A stretch of 64,000 bases of DNA, taken from the NCBI GenBank assembly GCA_964016885.1, contig OZ024741.1, forward strand, positions 312,480,001 through 312,544,000. Direction: 5' to 3'. Of the stretch, positions 45,219 to 58,134 are shown in pieces. A program made the translations under genes and the position numbers. Position 1 is the first letter of the stretch. Each line of letters begins with the position of its first letter. The notes under the pieces are model-generated. The model worked only from the letters and a program-made list of their open reading frames with translations, did not search any database and was not told the DNA's origin. The stretch is from Eledone cirrhosa (taxonomy: Eukaryota).

Positions 45219-45323
45219 CAATCGCGCCGAGGTTGACTTTGCCTTTCATCCTTACGGGGTCGATAAAATAAAGTACCAGTAATGCACTGGATAATTGCTG
45301 GCCTTGTGCCTAAAGTAGAAACA
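45219..45323 (+). mobile_element. 5'-truncated MetaSINE-like SINE with an apparent 18-bp target-site duplication
   Basis: SINE core flanked by attattattattgttctt at 45201-45218 and 45324-45341. Confidence 0.7.
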
Positions 45324-45334
45324 ATTATTATTAT

Positions 45335-48299
45335 TGTTCTTTGAGTCTCAGTCATTGATGTTAGTTAACTGGAAAGTTTGTTGAAATGAATATCAAACCA
45401 CTACCTGCAGCCTCAGATATTCAGGACGTATCGGAGGGTTTTTGCTGTTCCCAGCAAGCATGCCTTTTGAAGCGTTCCAAAAAGCGCGGCGTGGCCAATT
45501 TTCTTTAACCATCACTGGAAACTTTTTGAGATAGTACCTAGTGCGCCTATGACAATCGGGGCAACTTTGACTTCATGGCAGTTCCAAATCCTTTTTACCA
45601 CCCACTTTAAGTCCTGGTATCGGTTAATTGTCTCCCTCTCCTTCTCTCGCACTCTCGTTACGAATGGGCAGGCCACATCCACAATCAGGCACAATCTTTT
45701 TTTCTTTGTCCAAAACCACCAGGTCAGGTCTATTGTGTTCCAGTTCTTGTCCGTCTGTATCCTAAAATCCCACAGCACCTTCACCTGATCGTTTTCTATC
45801 ACCGACTCTGGCTTATACTCATACCAATTCTCAGAATGTGGTACGTTGTTTACTTTGCATAGGTGCCAGTGGATCACCCTGCCCATCACATCATGACTCC
45901 AGCCCTTATAGTGAGTCTGGGCTAGGTGTTTACACTCGGATACAATGTGAGCCACAGTCTCCTCTCTCTCTCTCTACAGATCCTGAAGAGTGGGCTAGCC
46001 TACTCCTTGTAAATATGGTGTTTCAACCACTTCGTTTTGAGGGCCTGCTCTTGAGCAGCCATTAGCATTCCTTCTGTAGCCTTTTTAAAGTCTCCTCTTT
46101 TCAACCAGTTCCATGTCTGTGGATCTCTGAATTCAGTTTTCTCAAAGAAGGTACTATGAAGGGTTTTTTCCTGAAGGCTGCTCTTTCTCCTTGTTGTTAT
46201 TTCCTCCCTGGACATCCCCTGGTCTATTGTCCTCTCCTTCAGTACAATTCTGAGCATTGGCTCCTTACTATCAGTCACGTATTTGTGTAGGTTGTTTTTC
46301 TCCATCTGAACACAGTCCTCTATGCTGATGAGACCTCTTCCACCTTTAGATCTCCTTACGTAGAGTCTATCGACATCACTCCTCTTGTGGAACATGTTGT
46401 AGATTGTCAATAGCTTCCTAGTTTTCCTATCCATTTCTTTTTGTTCAGCAACATTCCATCTCAGAATTCCCGCACTGTTCCTAATAATAGACACAGCTCG
46501 GGAATTTACTGCACTTATGGCATTCCTACTGTTCAGATGTGACTTTAATACGCTCCTTATTCTCCGAATGTATTCAGATCTTATCAATTCCTTCATTTTT
46601 TTGTTCTTGATATCATCAGCCCCCAGAAGACCCAAATACTTGTATCCTTCTTCAGTGTCAATTTCCTTTATCATCTCACCTGTTGGTACCTGGATTCCGT
46701 TGCTTCTGCTCAATTTACCCTTCTTCATTACAAGGACTCCACACTTACTAATACGAAATTGCATACATATATCATTGCTGAAAATACGGACAGTGTCAAC
46801 AAGCACATCCAACTCCTTCTCACTCTTCCCGAAGAGTTAAGATCGTCCATGAAGAGGAGGTGATTGATGGTAAGCTCTCCCTTTCCCAACTTGTATCCTG
46901 CTCTCACTTTTCGTATAATGCTCATGGGCATCAAGGCAAGCACAAACAACAGAGGGGACAGACTATCTCCCTGGAAGATACCTCTCTTGATATTCACGCT
47001 TCCCAAGGATTCTGCAGCTGATGTTAACTCTGCTTTCCAGGACTTCATTCTTTTGCCCAACAACTGTCTGATGTTATCTGCCACCTTGAAGATCTCTAGG
47101 CTTTTGTTGATCCAAGAATGAGGCACCATGTAAAATGCCTTTTTGTAGTATATCCATCCCATGGCAAGACCAGTGTGTCTCCTCTTGCAATTCCTCATTA
47201 CCATCTTATCAATAAGTAACTGGTCCTTTGTACCACGGGAATTCTTTCGGCATCCTTTCTGTTCGTCCGGTAACAAGTTGTTTGTGTGGAGGTGATGGTA
47301 GATTTTCTCAGACACAATGCTTGTCAACAGTTTGTTTCCACATTACGGACAGACATGTGATAGGTCTATAGTTGGTAACATCATTACCCTTGATTGGGTC
47401 TTTCATTATCAGAACTGTGGTACCTTTTGTCAACCACTCTAGTACCTCACCTGACATCAAGAAGTCATTGAACATGGTTGTCAGTTTCGGGTGGAGGGAT
47501 GTTATATTTTTTATCCAATACCCCTGCACACCATCTGGGCCTGGTGATTTCCAGTTGGTTAGTTTTTTGGCCTGCCCCTTAAGAGTTTCAACTGTGATAC
47601 TCAAATCAGTTGTTGGTGTGCCTGTTCACTAATCTCGTTTTGTACTGTCTAAATCCACACTGCCTGGTCATTATGTTTAACATTCTGCTCCCATATTCCT
47701 CTCCAGAATGTCTAAGTTTGTTCCGCCTCAGTGATCAAGTCGTTGCCTCTTTCTTTCCCTTCAAGCTGTCCAAACAGCATCTTCTGGTTGTTGTCAAACA
47801 TGCGGTTCTGTCTATACTGACTGACTCTGCTCTCCTATGGCCTAATTTTTGCACTCTCTACTAGAATGCGTTGCTTCAGTTCCTCTATGATAATATTTAG
47901 TTTTTTCCTCCTAGTTTTGTACTTTATTTCCAGTCTATTTGTAGTGTCTATGTTTTTTAGTGTCCCATTCAGTAGGGACTCAAGCTTTCCAATGCCATTT
48001 CTCATTTCCCTGATTTGACCATTCAGTCGTTTCTTCCACCAAGGCTTTGATCTTTCTTGTCTGTTGTTTCCTCTCGCTTTCATGCCAAGTAATTTCCTCG
48101 CCGCATTTGCTGTTGCTTTGAGGATATTGTTGCACTGGTGAAGGCTCCTCGCCTCAAGGTATGGGATGACTTTGTTTACCTTAGCTGTTGTTTCTTTTAA
48201 TTTTTTCCTGTCTACAAATCTTAGGTTCATAGGTTTCCCACTATCATTGTTCAATTCATCTACCACTAAGTTTAGGATATCAACCAAATCTTGTCCTAG
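45335..48299 (-). mobile_element. Dong/R4 family A copy 4, inverted (tail-to-tail with copy 3) and 5'-truncated
   Basis: Minus-strand ORF pieces 45512-48287 are homologous to A1 and A3. Confidence 0.93.
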
Positions 48300-49182
48300 C
48301 CCAACGGTCCGCGCAGGCGCATGTCCGAAGGAAGTTGACCATTAGCTACCGCAGAGTTGGAAATAAAAATTAAAATTTAAAATCGAAAATCCTAAATCAA
48401 ATATCAGAAATTATAAATTAAAAAATAAAAAAAAAATAGAAATAACATTTAGAAATTAACAATATTTTTCAAATGACAATCCGGATTTACAGAAGCCCCT
48501 CAATTCAATCTATACATGGACAAATTGACAATCATATGGATCATTTTGCACTCTGTGTTTTTGCATTTATTCATTATTGGTTCTTTTCTTTTGTGTACTT
48601 TATATCTGTTTTTTTCTTGGTTTTGTTCCATGTGATGGAAATTATGACGATGTACCAGATTGACTACTGCCTTTAATACTGTAGTTTACCCCCCGTTCTA
48701 ATGTACGGCACTATCTTTCAATATGTGGATAGTGTAACTTTGACATTAGTACCCCTTTCAGAACTTCTTACTTAAACATCTCTCTGCATATTATTTACTC
48801 ACTTCAAACTATATGTTTTTTTACTCACCTCAATCCGGATTCCCACTTGAACATTTTTTTAAATTTCTAATTCTTAATTTTTTAATTTTTTAATTTTTTA
48901 AATTTTAATTTTTATTTCCAACTCTCACTCATAACTTCCAATGTAAAACCATGATAACTAGAATTAAGTATATTTTCTCTTAAGAGTTGATGGTCAGTCG
49001 TACTGTCCATGCTTGGCTTTCGGCTGGCTGCCTCAGACGGGATGGGTAGCAGTAAACTATGGTACAGGCCTGAAGAAGTCATTGTTTGGCTGAGAGGGGG
49101 AACTGACTAAGCGAATTTCGTTGAAATCTGCGGTAGCTAATGGTCAACTTCCTTCGGACATGCGCCTGCGCGGACCGGTGGG
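48300..49182. mobile_element. Non-autonomous TIR-bounded element (MITE-like), ~880 bp
   Basis: 56-bp TIRs ccca(a/c)cggtccgcgcaggcgcatgtccgaaggaagttgaccattagctaccgcaga at 48300-48355 and 49127-49182, plus an inner AT-rich inverted repeat. No TSD is recognisable. Confidence 0.7.
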
Positions 49183-49535
49183 GGTGAATTGGTACTCACA
49201 GCGGAACGGATGAAGAACCCAAAAGCACACACTTCGTCCGTTCCCATGTAGATTCAATTTGAATTGCCTCGGAAACATAACCTTATTATGTAACAAGCTG
49301 TCTGACGATGTTGCGACGCTGGCACACAGAACAGTGTGGCCAGTGTCGTCATTGAAATATATATCACAGCATTATTATTAAAAGACTTGAACATCTGAAA
49401 CTACTTCGCTTTCCCTTATTCGATATTTACTTCGTCACTCCTATGTGGAAAAAGTACGTTGAGTGCTTGAATTGAATTGCATCAATGTTAACCCTAAGTA
49501 TATGCATATATATAGATACACACATACATACACAC

Positions 49536-49616
<81 letters not shown>

Positions 49617-49617
<1 letters not shown>

Positions 49618-50295
49618 AGGAAATTTGACAGTAGAAATCGCAGTGATAGACACGTTTTTCAAATGCAGGTAAGTTCTATAGTGGTTGATAGCTTCCGGTA
49701 TCTAGGTGATCAAATTAGCATGGGAGGAGGGTGTTTCGAGGCAATAGTATCTAGTTGGAAGAAGGTTAGCGATCTGCTTCCCCTGCTGACAAAGAAAGGT
49801 TTCTCCCTGCGTACGAAAGGCCGGTTATATGATGCCTGTGTGAGATGCGTGATTCTGCATGGTAGTGAGACATGGGCAGCAACTGCAGAGGGTATGCAAC
49901 GACTGGAGAGAAATGAAGCAAGCATGCTCCGTTGGATTTGTAATGTCAATGTACGTGAATGACCAATCATGGATGAGTTGAGAGAGAAACTGTGTATAAG
50001 AAGGATAAGTTGTAGTGTGCGGGAGAGAAGTCTGCGATGGTATGACATGTGATGCGTATGGAGGATGACTGATGGGTAAAGTAGTGCCAAGAAATGCCAG
50101 TAGAAGGAAGACGCAGTAGAGGAAGACCACGAAAAACATGGGCGGAGATGGTGAGAACGGACCTCAGATCGCTGAAGCTCACAGAGGAGATGACGAAGGA
50201 CAGTGACAAGTGCAGAGATTCTGTGCTGAATAGGACCCTCCCCACCCTTGCAAGTAGGGAAAAGCGGACCTAAAATGATGATGATGATAATGATA
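49617..50295 (+). mobile_element. RTE-clade LINE 3' fragment with (ATG)n tail
   Basis: 'VVDSFRYLGDQIS.GGGC...SLRTKGRLYDACVRCVILHGSETW...RGRPRKTW'. Confidence 0.85.
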
Positions 50296-50355
50296 TACAT
50301 GCACATACAATATACATACACATACAATTAAAAAAGTAGCATCCTTTTGATATAC

Positions 50356-50487
50356 TTTTACATTTGTCACCTTTATAATTTTCAGGACAGTCATTTAAAC
50401 ATCTTCCATGTATGTTTTCACAGTAAGAAGTTTTGTTACAAGTACATATCACTTTACAACCCAGACCAAAGCTTCCTTTTGGACAGT
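50356..50487 (-). CDS. Internal exon of a host gene encoding an EGF-like/laminin-EGF module (MEGF/SCARF/receptor-phosphatase-type protein)
   Basis: ttccag|AC TGT CCA ... TGT AAA A|gtatat; 132 nt, phase 1-1; encodes (D)CPKGSFGLGCKVICTCNKTSYCENIHGRCLNDCPENYKGDKCK with 8 Cys. Confidence 0.8.
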
Positions 50488-50621
50488 CTGGAAATATCAA
50501 TATAGATGATAATGTTGAAGACATCATTAATTGCATACAGACAAAAATGAGGTATACCCTATCCATCAATGTATGATTAAAGTGATGAGAAACGAAGTCG
50601 TCTGAGTACACCTATTATATA

Positions 50622-50798
50622 TTATAACTGTTTCTACGTTAGGCACAAGGCCAGCAATTACCCAGTGCATTACTGGTACTTTATTTTATCGACCCCGTAA
50701 GAATGAAAGGCAAAGTTAACCTCGGCGGGATTTGAACTCAGAATGGCAAGGGCCGTAACTCTATACGTCAAAGCATGGCGTCCGACCCTCTCCCAATA
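50622..50798 (-). mobile_element. Near full-length tRNA-derived MetaSINE-like SINE
   Basis: Minus strand has an A-box-like tggcagtattgg, a B-box gagttcaaatcc, the core gcctttcattcttacggggtcgataaaataaagtaccag and an AT-rich tail. Confidence 0.8.
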
Positions 50799-51034
50799 CT
50801 GCCAAACGATACGTACATTTCATACAGAGATCTTATGTTCGAACAAATGTAATTTTACAATATCTTATGGAAGAACCATACAATATATTGAGTAAAATAG
50901 GATAGGAAGATAAACAATCCCTAAACCGCTTGTGGAGTCGTAGAGGCACCATCAAAAAGCATGTCTAGGGCACTTTTAAACCTTACAGAGCCCAACCCTC
51001 TCCGACTTTTTCTATAGACGAAGAATCAACCCTA

Positions 51035-51185
51035 ATACTGGATTCGTACTTTTTTATCGACTTCGAAAGGATAAAAGGCAAAGTTGACACCGTTTGGATG
51101 TGAACTCAGAGCACGCAGTGAAGTTGGACTAAAACTTGAAGCATTTTATGCGACGTCTTAATGACTGACAATTCGGCGCCTAAAA
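51035..51185 (-). mobile_element. Diverged SINE of the same superfamily
   Basis: Minus strand reads ctgagttcacatcc...gtcaactttgccttttatcctttcgaagtcgataaaaaagtac. Confidence 0.6.
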
Positions 51186-51478
51186 ATAGCATCCACAAAT
51201 ATTTGAAATCTTTCCTTCTTGAATCAGTTCCGGAATATTTCTAAGTAATATTCTATCTTTCTATTTCTTCTTTAATTTCTCAATCTTTCTTCTGGTGAAA
51301 GATTAGCGTCCAAAACGTTATATACCCTCTTCCTGCTATTTCAAGCGTTGAACTAATATATTCCTTCCACGTTTGTTTTATTATTTTTATTTTTTCTGTT
51401 TACGTTTTACACACACACACGCACACACACACACACACACATACACACACACACACAGACAGACACACACACACGCAC

Positions 51479-51568
<90 letters not shown>

Positions 51569-52637
51569 CTCCCTTGCAGGGTAAATACGTGGGGCTATCA
51601 CTTCAACACTAATAATGCATTGGAACACGCTTGCCGGCTGAGAACAAAATATCTGTTGACGAAATAGCAGCCTTGTTCGATCGTTATACCAAAAGCTTAC
51701 AACCAAAGCAGGCAGTATAATTGATTTAGATGTCACAGAAACGTCCCACTGGATTATACCATCACTTTCCAGGATGTCCCGGTAAATTCTTTTCTGAACC
51801 TATTTAACTTGCTTCGTTTTTTTTTGGCTCCGGTGGATGATAACTTAATGATCGCCGTTTTCAGTTTGTCTGGCCCCTATAAATTATGTTAATTGCTCTG
51901 GTCTTCTTTTAGTCCATTGAGCGCTTGCCGCCTATCTCGAAAATTGCGTTTTACTTTGTTTTTGACCACAGCCGAAATACGATCTCGCTGTAATTATATT
52001 TGTATATATATAAAAGTAAAAAAATGAAACGAACTTTCATTTCTCAAACTTAGTACGGCTGTTACTTAAATATAAGTATGTACACGTACATACATATATG
52101 TATACAGACGTACAGTAGTATGTATATATATATATGCATACATGCACACATATATACATGTACGTATGGAATCACCGAACATTTATTATAATGCTCGGTG
52201 TGTTTGTAAACAAACTGACGATAGCTAATAAGCTTGAAACTAGTACAGCGTTCCTTTGTCAGTGTTGAACAAATGAGAAACGATGGTTGCAAGACACTGT
52301 ACGGCTTAATTCGGGACATTTGTTTACAAACACACCGAGCATTATAATAAATGTTCGGTGAATCCATACGTACATGTATATGTGTGCATGTATGTATATA
52401 TATATACATACTACTGTACGTCTGTATACATATATGTATGTACGTGTACATACTTATATTTAAGTAACAACCATACTAAGAGTGAGATATGAAATTTCGT
52501 TTCATTTTTTTCCGTTTATCGTTTTCGGTACCCCGGCCGATTAACTCACTCGATATGCAAATTAGGCTGCTCAGCCGTTAATATGCATAAGGAAAATAAA
52601 TACTTTCAGACATTCAATCATCTTGCAGGAAGGTATA

Positions 52638-52678
52638 CGTTGCTGACGATAGCTAATAAGCTTGAAACTAGTACAGCG
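52638..52678 (+). ncRNA. Minimal type I hammerhead ribozyme motif
   Basis: cgttg CTGACGA t-agct-aata-agct-t GAAA ctag TA cagcg; palindromic ACTAGT, GUA site (cleavage predicted after 52673). Confidence 0.8.
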
Positions 52679-53066
52679 TTCCTTTGTCATTGTTGAACAA
52701 ATGAGCAACGATGGTTGCTAATCACTGTACGGCTTAATTCGGGATGTTTGTTTACAAACACACCGAGCATTATAATAAATGTTCGGTGAATCCATACGTA
52801 CAGGTATATGTGTGCATGTATGTATATATATATATACATACTACTGTACGTCTGTATACATATATGTATGTACGCGGCCATATTTATATTTAAGCAACAG
52901 CCGTACTAAGAGTGAGAAATGAAATTTCATTTCGTTTTGTCCGTTTATCGTTTTCGGTACCCCCGCCGATTAACTTACTCGATATGCAAATTAGGCTGCT
53001 CAGCCGTTAATATGCATAAGGATAATAAATACTTTCAGACGTTCAACCATCTGGCAGGAAGGTATA

Positions 53067-53107
53067 CGTTGCTGACGATAGCTAATAAGCTTGAAACTAG
53101 TACAGCG
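53067..53107 (+). ncRNA. Minimal type I hammerhead ribozyme motif
   Basis: Identical to 52638-52678; cleavage predicted after 53102. Confidence 0.8.
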
Positions 53108-53542
53108 TTCCTTTGTCAGTGTTGAACAAATGAGCAACGATGGTTGCTAGACACTGTACGGCTTAATTCGGGATGGTTGTTCACAAACACACCGAGCATT
53201 ATAATAAATGTTCGGTGAATCCATACGTACATGTATATATGTGTGCATGTATGTATATATACATACTACTGTATGTCTGCATACATATATGTATGTACGT
53301 GTACATATATTTAAGTAACAGACGTACTAAGAGTGAGAAATGAAATTTCGTTTCATTTTTTTCCATTTATCGTTTTCGGTACTGCGGCCGATTAACTCAC
53401 TCGATATGCAAATTAGGCTGCTCAGCCGTTAATATGCATAAGGAAAGTAAATACTTTCAGAAGTTCAACCATCTGGCATGTATGTATATATATATACATA
53501 CTACTGTACGTCTGTACACATATATGTATGTACGTATACATA

Positions 53543-53620
<78 letters not shown>

Positions 53621-53628
<8 letters not shown>

Positions 53629-54383
53629 GACAGGGGGGAAGAAAAAATGGCTTCACTTGTGCTTTCAACAAATTTATTTTCTTCACAAAATCCAAAAAGA
53701 ATCTTTCTTAAAAAAAATTATTTTATAAATTAAGTTGTTGGTTGTTGGTTAGGTCTTAGGAGTTCTTGGTTAACGTAGGAGGTATTGTTTCGTTTTTAGA
53801 AAGACCTTTCACGCTGGGGTGCGCTTGTCAAACTGATGTGTATGTGGTGTGTTGTTCTATATATAGGGATTTAACATGTCTGTGGTGTGGTGGGGGTTCC
53901 TTTTTTCCCCCTTTAATAAGTGCATGGGTGTAGGTGTGTTGAAAAAGTGTTCATAGCAGTAATGAGTTGAGACGGTGAGTAGGGTTGGGTGGGGAGAAAT
54001 GTAGCAAGTGCGGCCTGCCCCGGTCATTCTCGAAAAATTCCTTTATTCAGGGGAAAAAGCTTTTAGTATTGCTTTTGTGTTGAGAATGGTCACAGGCAAA
54101 TCGCACCTGTCAAGTTTGTGAATAATTATTTTTTTCTTATTTTTTTCCTGAAGAATTTTTCTACGTCCATCCCAAAGTTAGTCCTTTGTTCAACACACAC
54201 ATATGTGCGCATATACGTACATACACACACGGGCATATGTAGGAATATATAGACACACACCATCAATCACACACCCATGTACAAATACATCCACATACAT
54301 ACACAAAAACATATAGAGACACATATAAAAACACACATACACATACGTACACACACGAATAAGTACTCATACCTCCACATGGG

Positions 54384-54415
<32 letters not shown>

Positions 54416-54729
54416 CATATATACATACATATATATATACATATATATATATACACATACACACACATACATACACACATACATATATACATATATATAT
54501 ATGTGCGTACACACGAGCACATAAAGACACATATATATACATATATATACATATATATACATATATATACACATACATCTACATACATACATACATATAC
54601 ACAAACAGAAACATACACATATGTACACATATATATATATACATATATGCACATACATACACACACACACATATATATATAGGTACATACACATACATAC
54701 ACACACACATAAACATACATATCTATCCA

Positions 54730-54785
<56 letters not shown>

Positions 54786-54838
54786 TATATACAAACATAC
54801 ACACACATACATGTACACATACACATATATACACACAT

Positions 54839-54907
<69 letters not shown>

Positions 54908-54929
54908 TACAAACATACACACATCCGTA

Positions 54930-54970
<41 letters not shown>

Positions 54971-57900
54971 ACACCCACATACATATATACCCACACGTAC
55001 ATACATCCATACATCCCTACACACATATATATGTGTGTCTCACCGTTCACTCAGATATTCATGTGTATACATAAGAAGAGGGGGGGGGTAGTGAAATGGA
55101 ATTTTACCTCCGAGTGTTAATTCATTTTTTCGTGTTCAGTAGTGGTTTAAATTTTTCAATGAAGAATTCTTCTTTATATCTGCGGAAATGTTCGTTATCC
55201 GACCATATCTTGAAGAAAGGGAAGATTGTGAATTTTCCCTTCCCGCATGATGCAAAGTGTGCGATACATGTGGTATTTCTGACTGTGGGGTCTTTAATTT
55301 GTTGTTTATGTACCCGGACTCTATCATGTAACCCCGTTCCGGTTTCCCCAATGTAATACTCTTTACACTGTGGACATGTTGCGCAATATATTAGGTTTTT
55401 CGTTTTGCAGTTCATGTTAGCATTGACCTTGAAATTATCATGGTTTTTGAAGGACAACTGTTTGCCCTCTTCGATGAGTTCACAGGTTCCGCATCTAGGG
55501 TCCCCGCATTTCGTCACTTGCATTGATTCCATGTTGGTCGTAAATTTTGCCTTGGTAATTAGTTTTTTACGGTTGGGTGCTTGGCGTCTGCTATAAATTA
55601 TCTGTGTGTTTTTTAAGAGTGCATTCATTTTGGTAGATTGCTGTAGAATCGGGAGATACTGCTTAGCAGTTTTCACAATGTTGATGTTCCCTAGGTTGTG
55701 AGTGATGACAAAAGAGATAGCAGGGTTTTCTTTTTTATGTTGTGGGTTTGGTTTTCTCAGTGTTGTTATTGGGATGTTCTTAGCCTTGGAGATGGCTGCG
55801 TTGATGAGTTTCATCGGGTATTCTTGTTTTTTAAGGAATTTTTTCAGGTCACATAATCTTTTTTCTTGTCGTACGGGGTGTGTTGCTATAGTGCAGATGC
55901 GCCTTGCCATGTTGAAGGGAATGTTCCTTTTCGTATGTGAGGGGTGTGCTGAGCGGAAATTTAAGTATTGGTGTGTGTCAGTGGGTTTGCAAAATAGGTC
56001 CGTTATGATATTTTCCCCTTCTTTAATGATGAGGATATCTAGAAAGGGCAGTTCTTTTTCGTTACATTCCATAGTGAATTGTATAGCTTCATGAAGCCTG
56101 TTTAGGATCGAATAAAATTTGTGTAGGTCTGTTTGGCTTCTGTCCCAGAAGATGAAGCAGTCATCTAGGTAACGTTTCCAGTTTTTATTAATGTAGAAGG
56201 CGAAGTCGTGACTGAATGTTATCTGTAGTTGGGAATATAATTTTGCCTCTAAGTGACCCATAACGAGCGTTGCATATGTAGGGGCCACTTTGGTACCCAT
56301 GGCTGTTCCTTTTATTTGTAGATAAAGTTCGTTGTCAAAGAGGAAGTGGTTGTTTTCCAATACTAATTTAAGTCCTTCCAAGAGGAATTCTTTGGGGAAT
56401 CTTTCTGAAATGTGACTTGAGTGTTTTGTAATCCAGAAGTCCACAGCTTCAATCCCTAGGTCGTGTGGGATGTTAGTGTACAGGCTTATTACATCAAAAC
56501 TGACTAGGATTGTATCCCGGTGTACTTTTTGGGGGATATAGTTAAGGGATTCCATATCATCTCCGATGTAGCTTGGAACTTTTTTACATAGGGGTTTGAG
56601 TATGATGTCTAATAGGTTGCTTAGACGTTGTGTGCTTGAGGCTGGGCCAGCAATAATGGGGCGTAATTTTAAGTCTGTCGGTTTTGGTGCTTCGATATAT
56701 GATGTATTTTTTCCCTTTTATGTTGTTTTGGATTTCAATGGATTTGTGAATTTTTGGTAATCCATAGAGATTGCTGGTTTTCATTTCGAACTTGGTTAGG
56801 TAATCTACTTCTTTTGGTGTTAGGTTGTTTTGCTACTTTGTTGTTAGTTTGCCTATTTGGTTCCTCGATTTCCTTTCTTCGTTTTTAGTGATTTTTCTGT
56901 AGAAGTTTTCGTCATTCAAGTGTGCTAGGACCATATCTTTGTAGTGGTTTGTGTCCATGATGACGATTGCACCACCTTTGTCCGCTACTTTTATTATTAT
57001 TGAGGAATCTCTTTGTAGCTTGTTCAATGCTAGTAGTTGGTCTGTAGGGATGTTGCATTTGTGTTTCGTCTCGGCCGTATTTGTACGTGCTGATCGGCGA
57101 AGGCAGGTTATGTATTCCTCCAGGTATTTATCTCTATTTAGCGGGAGTGTGAAGTTATTTTTGTTTTTCACCAGTGATTCTTCCTCGTATTGTACACCCT
57201 GGAAGAAATTCTCCTAAGCGTAATTTTCGACAGTATTTTCTGTGTCTTTTATAACATCGGCTGTATCTGCTTTCGGAGTGGGAGTGAACTTCAGTCCATT
57301 TTCTAACAGTTGTATATCTGGTTGTGGTAATTTCTTGGCTGATATATTGATTATTTTTGGTTCGATTGGTTCTCTCTCGTCAGGTGCCACTTGAAAGGTG
57401 GTGCTTTTTTCTTTTTTTCTTTCATTTGGTGCGAGGCCCCTAGTCCTAAAAAATGGGTGCCATTTGGGATAGGGGTGTTTCTGTTGTGGTGAAACCTTTG
57501 GCCCGCCGGAACTTCATGTCGGTAACTGGTTGGGCGATAGACTCTTGCGTGGCCGTTGCTGTATGGGGGTCTGGTTCTTCTGTTGATTCGTTCAGTATTC
57601 ATGTGTCTTTGATTTTGTCTCCGGTGATTGTTATTGGTGTTATGGCAGTGGTTGTATCTGGTTCTGGTGTTGAGTAATGGGTCTGTATGTAGTTGTGTGT
57701 TTGGGGTTACCCAATATCTGGTTGTTGTTGGTTTATTGTGTGTGGGTGCTTCATTTCTTGTGTTGTTGTATTTTCCTGAGTATGCCTCTCTCTTTATATG
57801 TGTATATATATATAGATGTATGTGTGTATGTGTGTGTGTGTATGCATGTATGTTTGAACGGAGGGGTATATATACGGACATATGTATATGTGTGTGTGTG

Positions 57901-58018
57901 TGTGTGTATACACCTGTGTGTGTGTGTGTGTGTGTATGTGTATATATGTATATTTAGTTATGTATCTTTATGTGTGTATATGTATGTATATGTATGTATG
58001 TATATGTATGTATATATG

Positions 58019-58055
<37 letters not shown>

Positions 58056-58102
58056 ATATATATATATGTGTGTGTGTATGTGTGTGTATGTGTATATGTA
58101 TG

Positions 58103-58134
<32 letters not shown>

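Larger units (their letters stand above)
52019..53550 (+). mobile_element. Non-coding tandem array of ~429-bp hammerhead-bearing units with an inverted partial unit at the 5' end (retrozyme-like / PLE pLTR array)
   Basis: HHR cores at 52215, 52643 and 53072. 52019-52214 is the reverse complement of ~52319-52512. Confidence 0.85.

Noticed and set aside
31586-47864. Long antisense ORFs over the Dong elements (for example 31586-32233)
   Set aside because: These are shadow frames of retrotransposon coding sequence with no independent motifs.
49197-49394. Candidate minus-strand exon bounded by tttcag / gtgagt
   Set aside because: It has stops in all three frames and no recognisable domain.
50735-50798. 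tRNA gene (A/B boxes)
   Set aside because: There is no cloverleaf, and it continues into a SINE core seen several times in the window.
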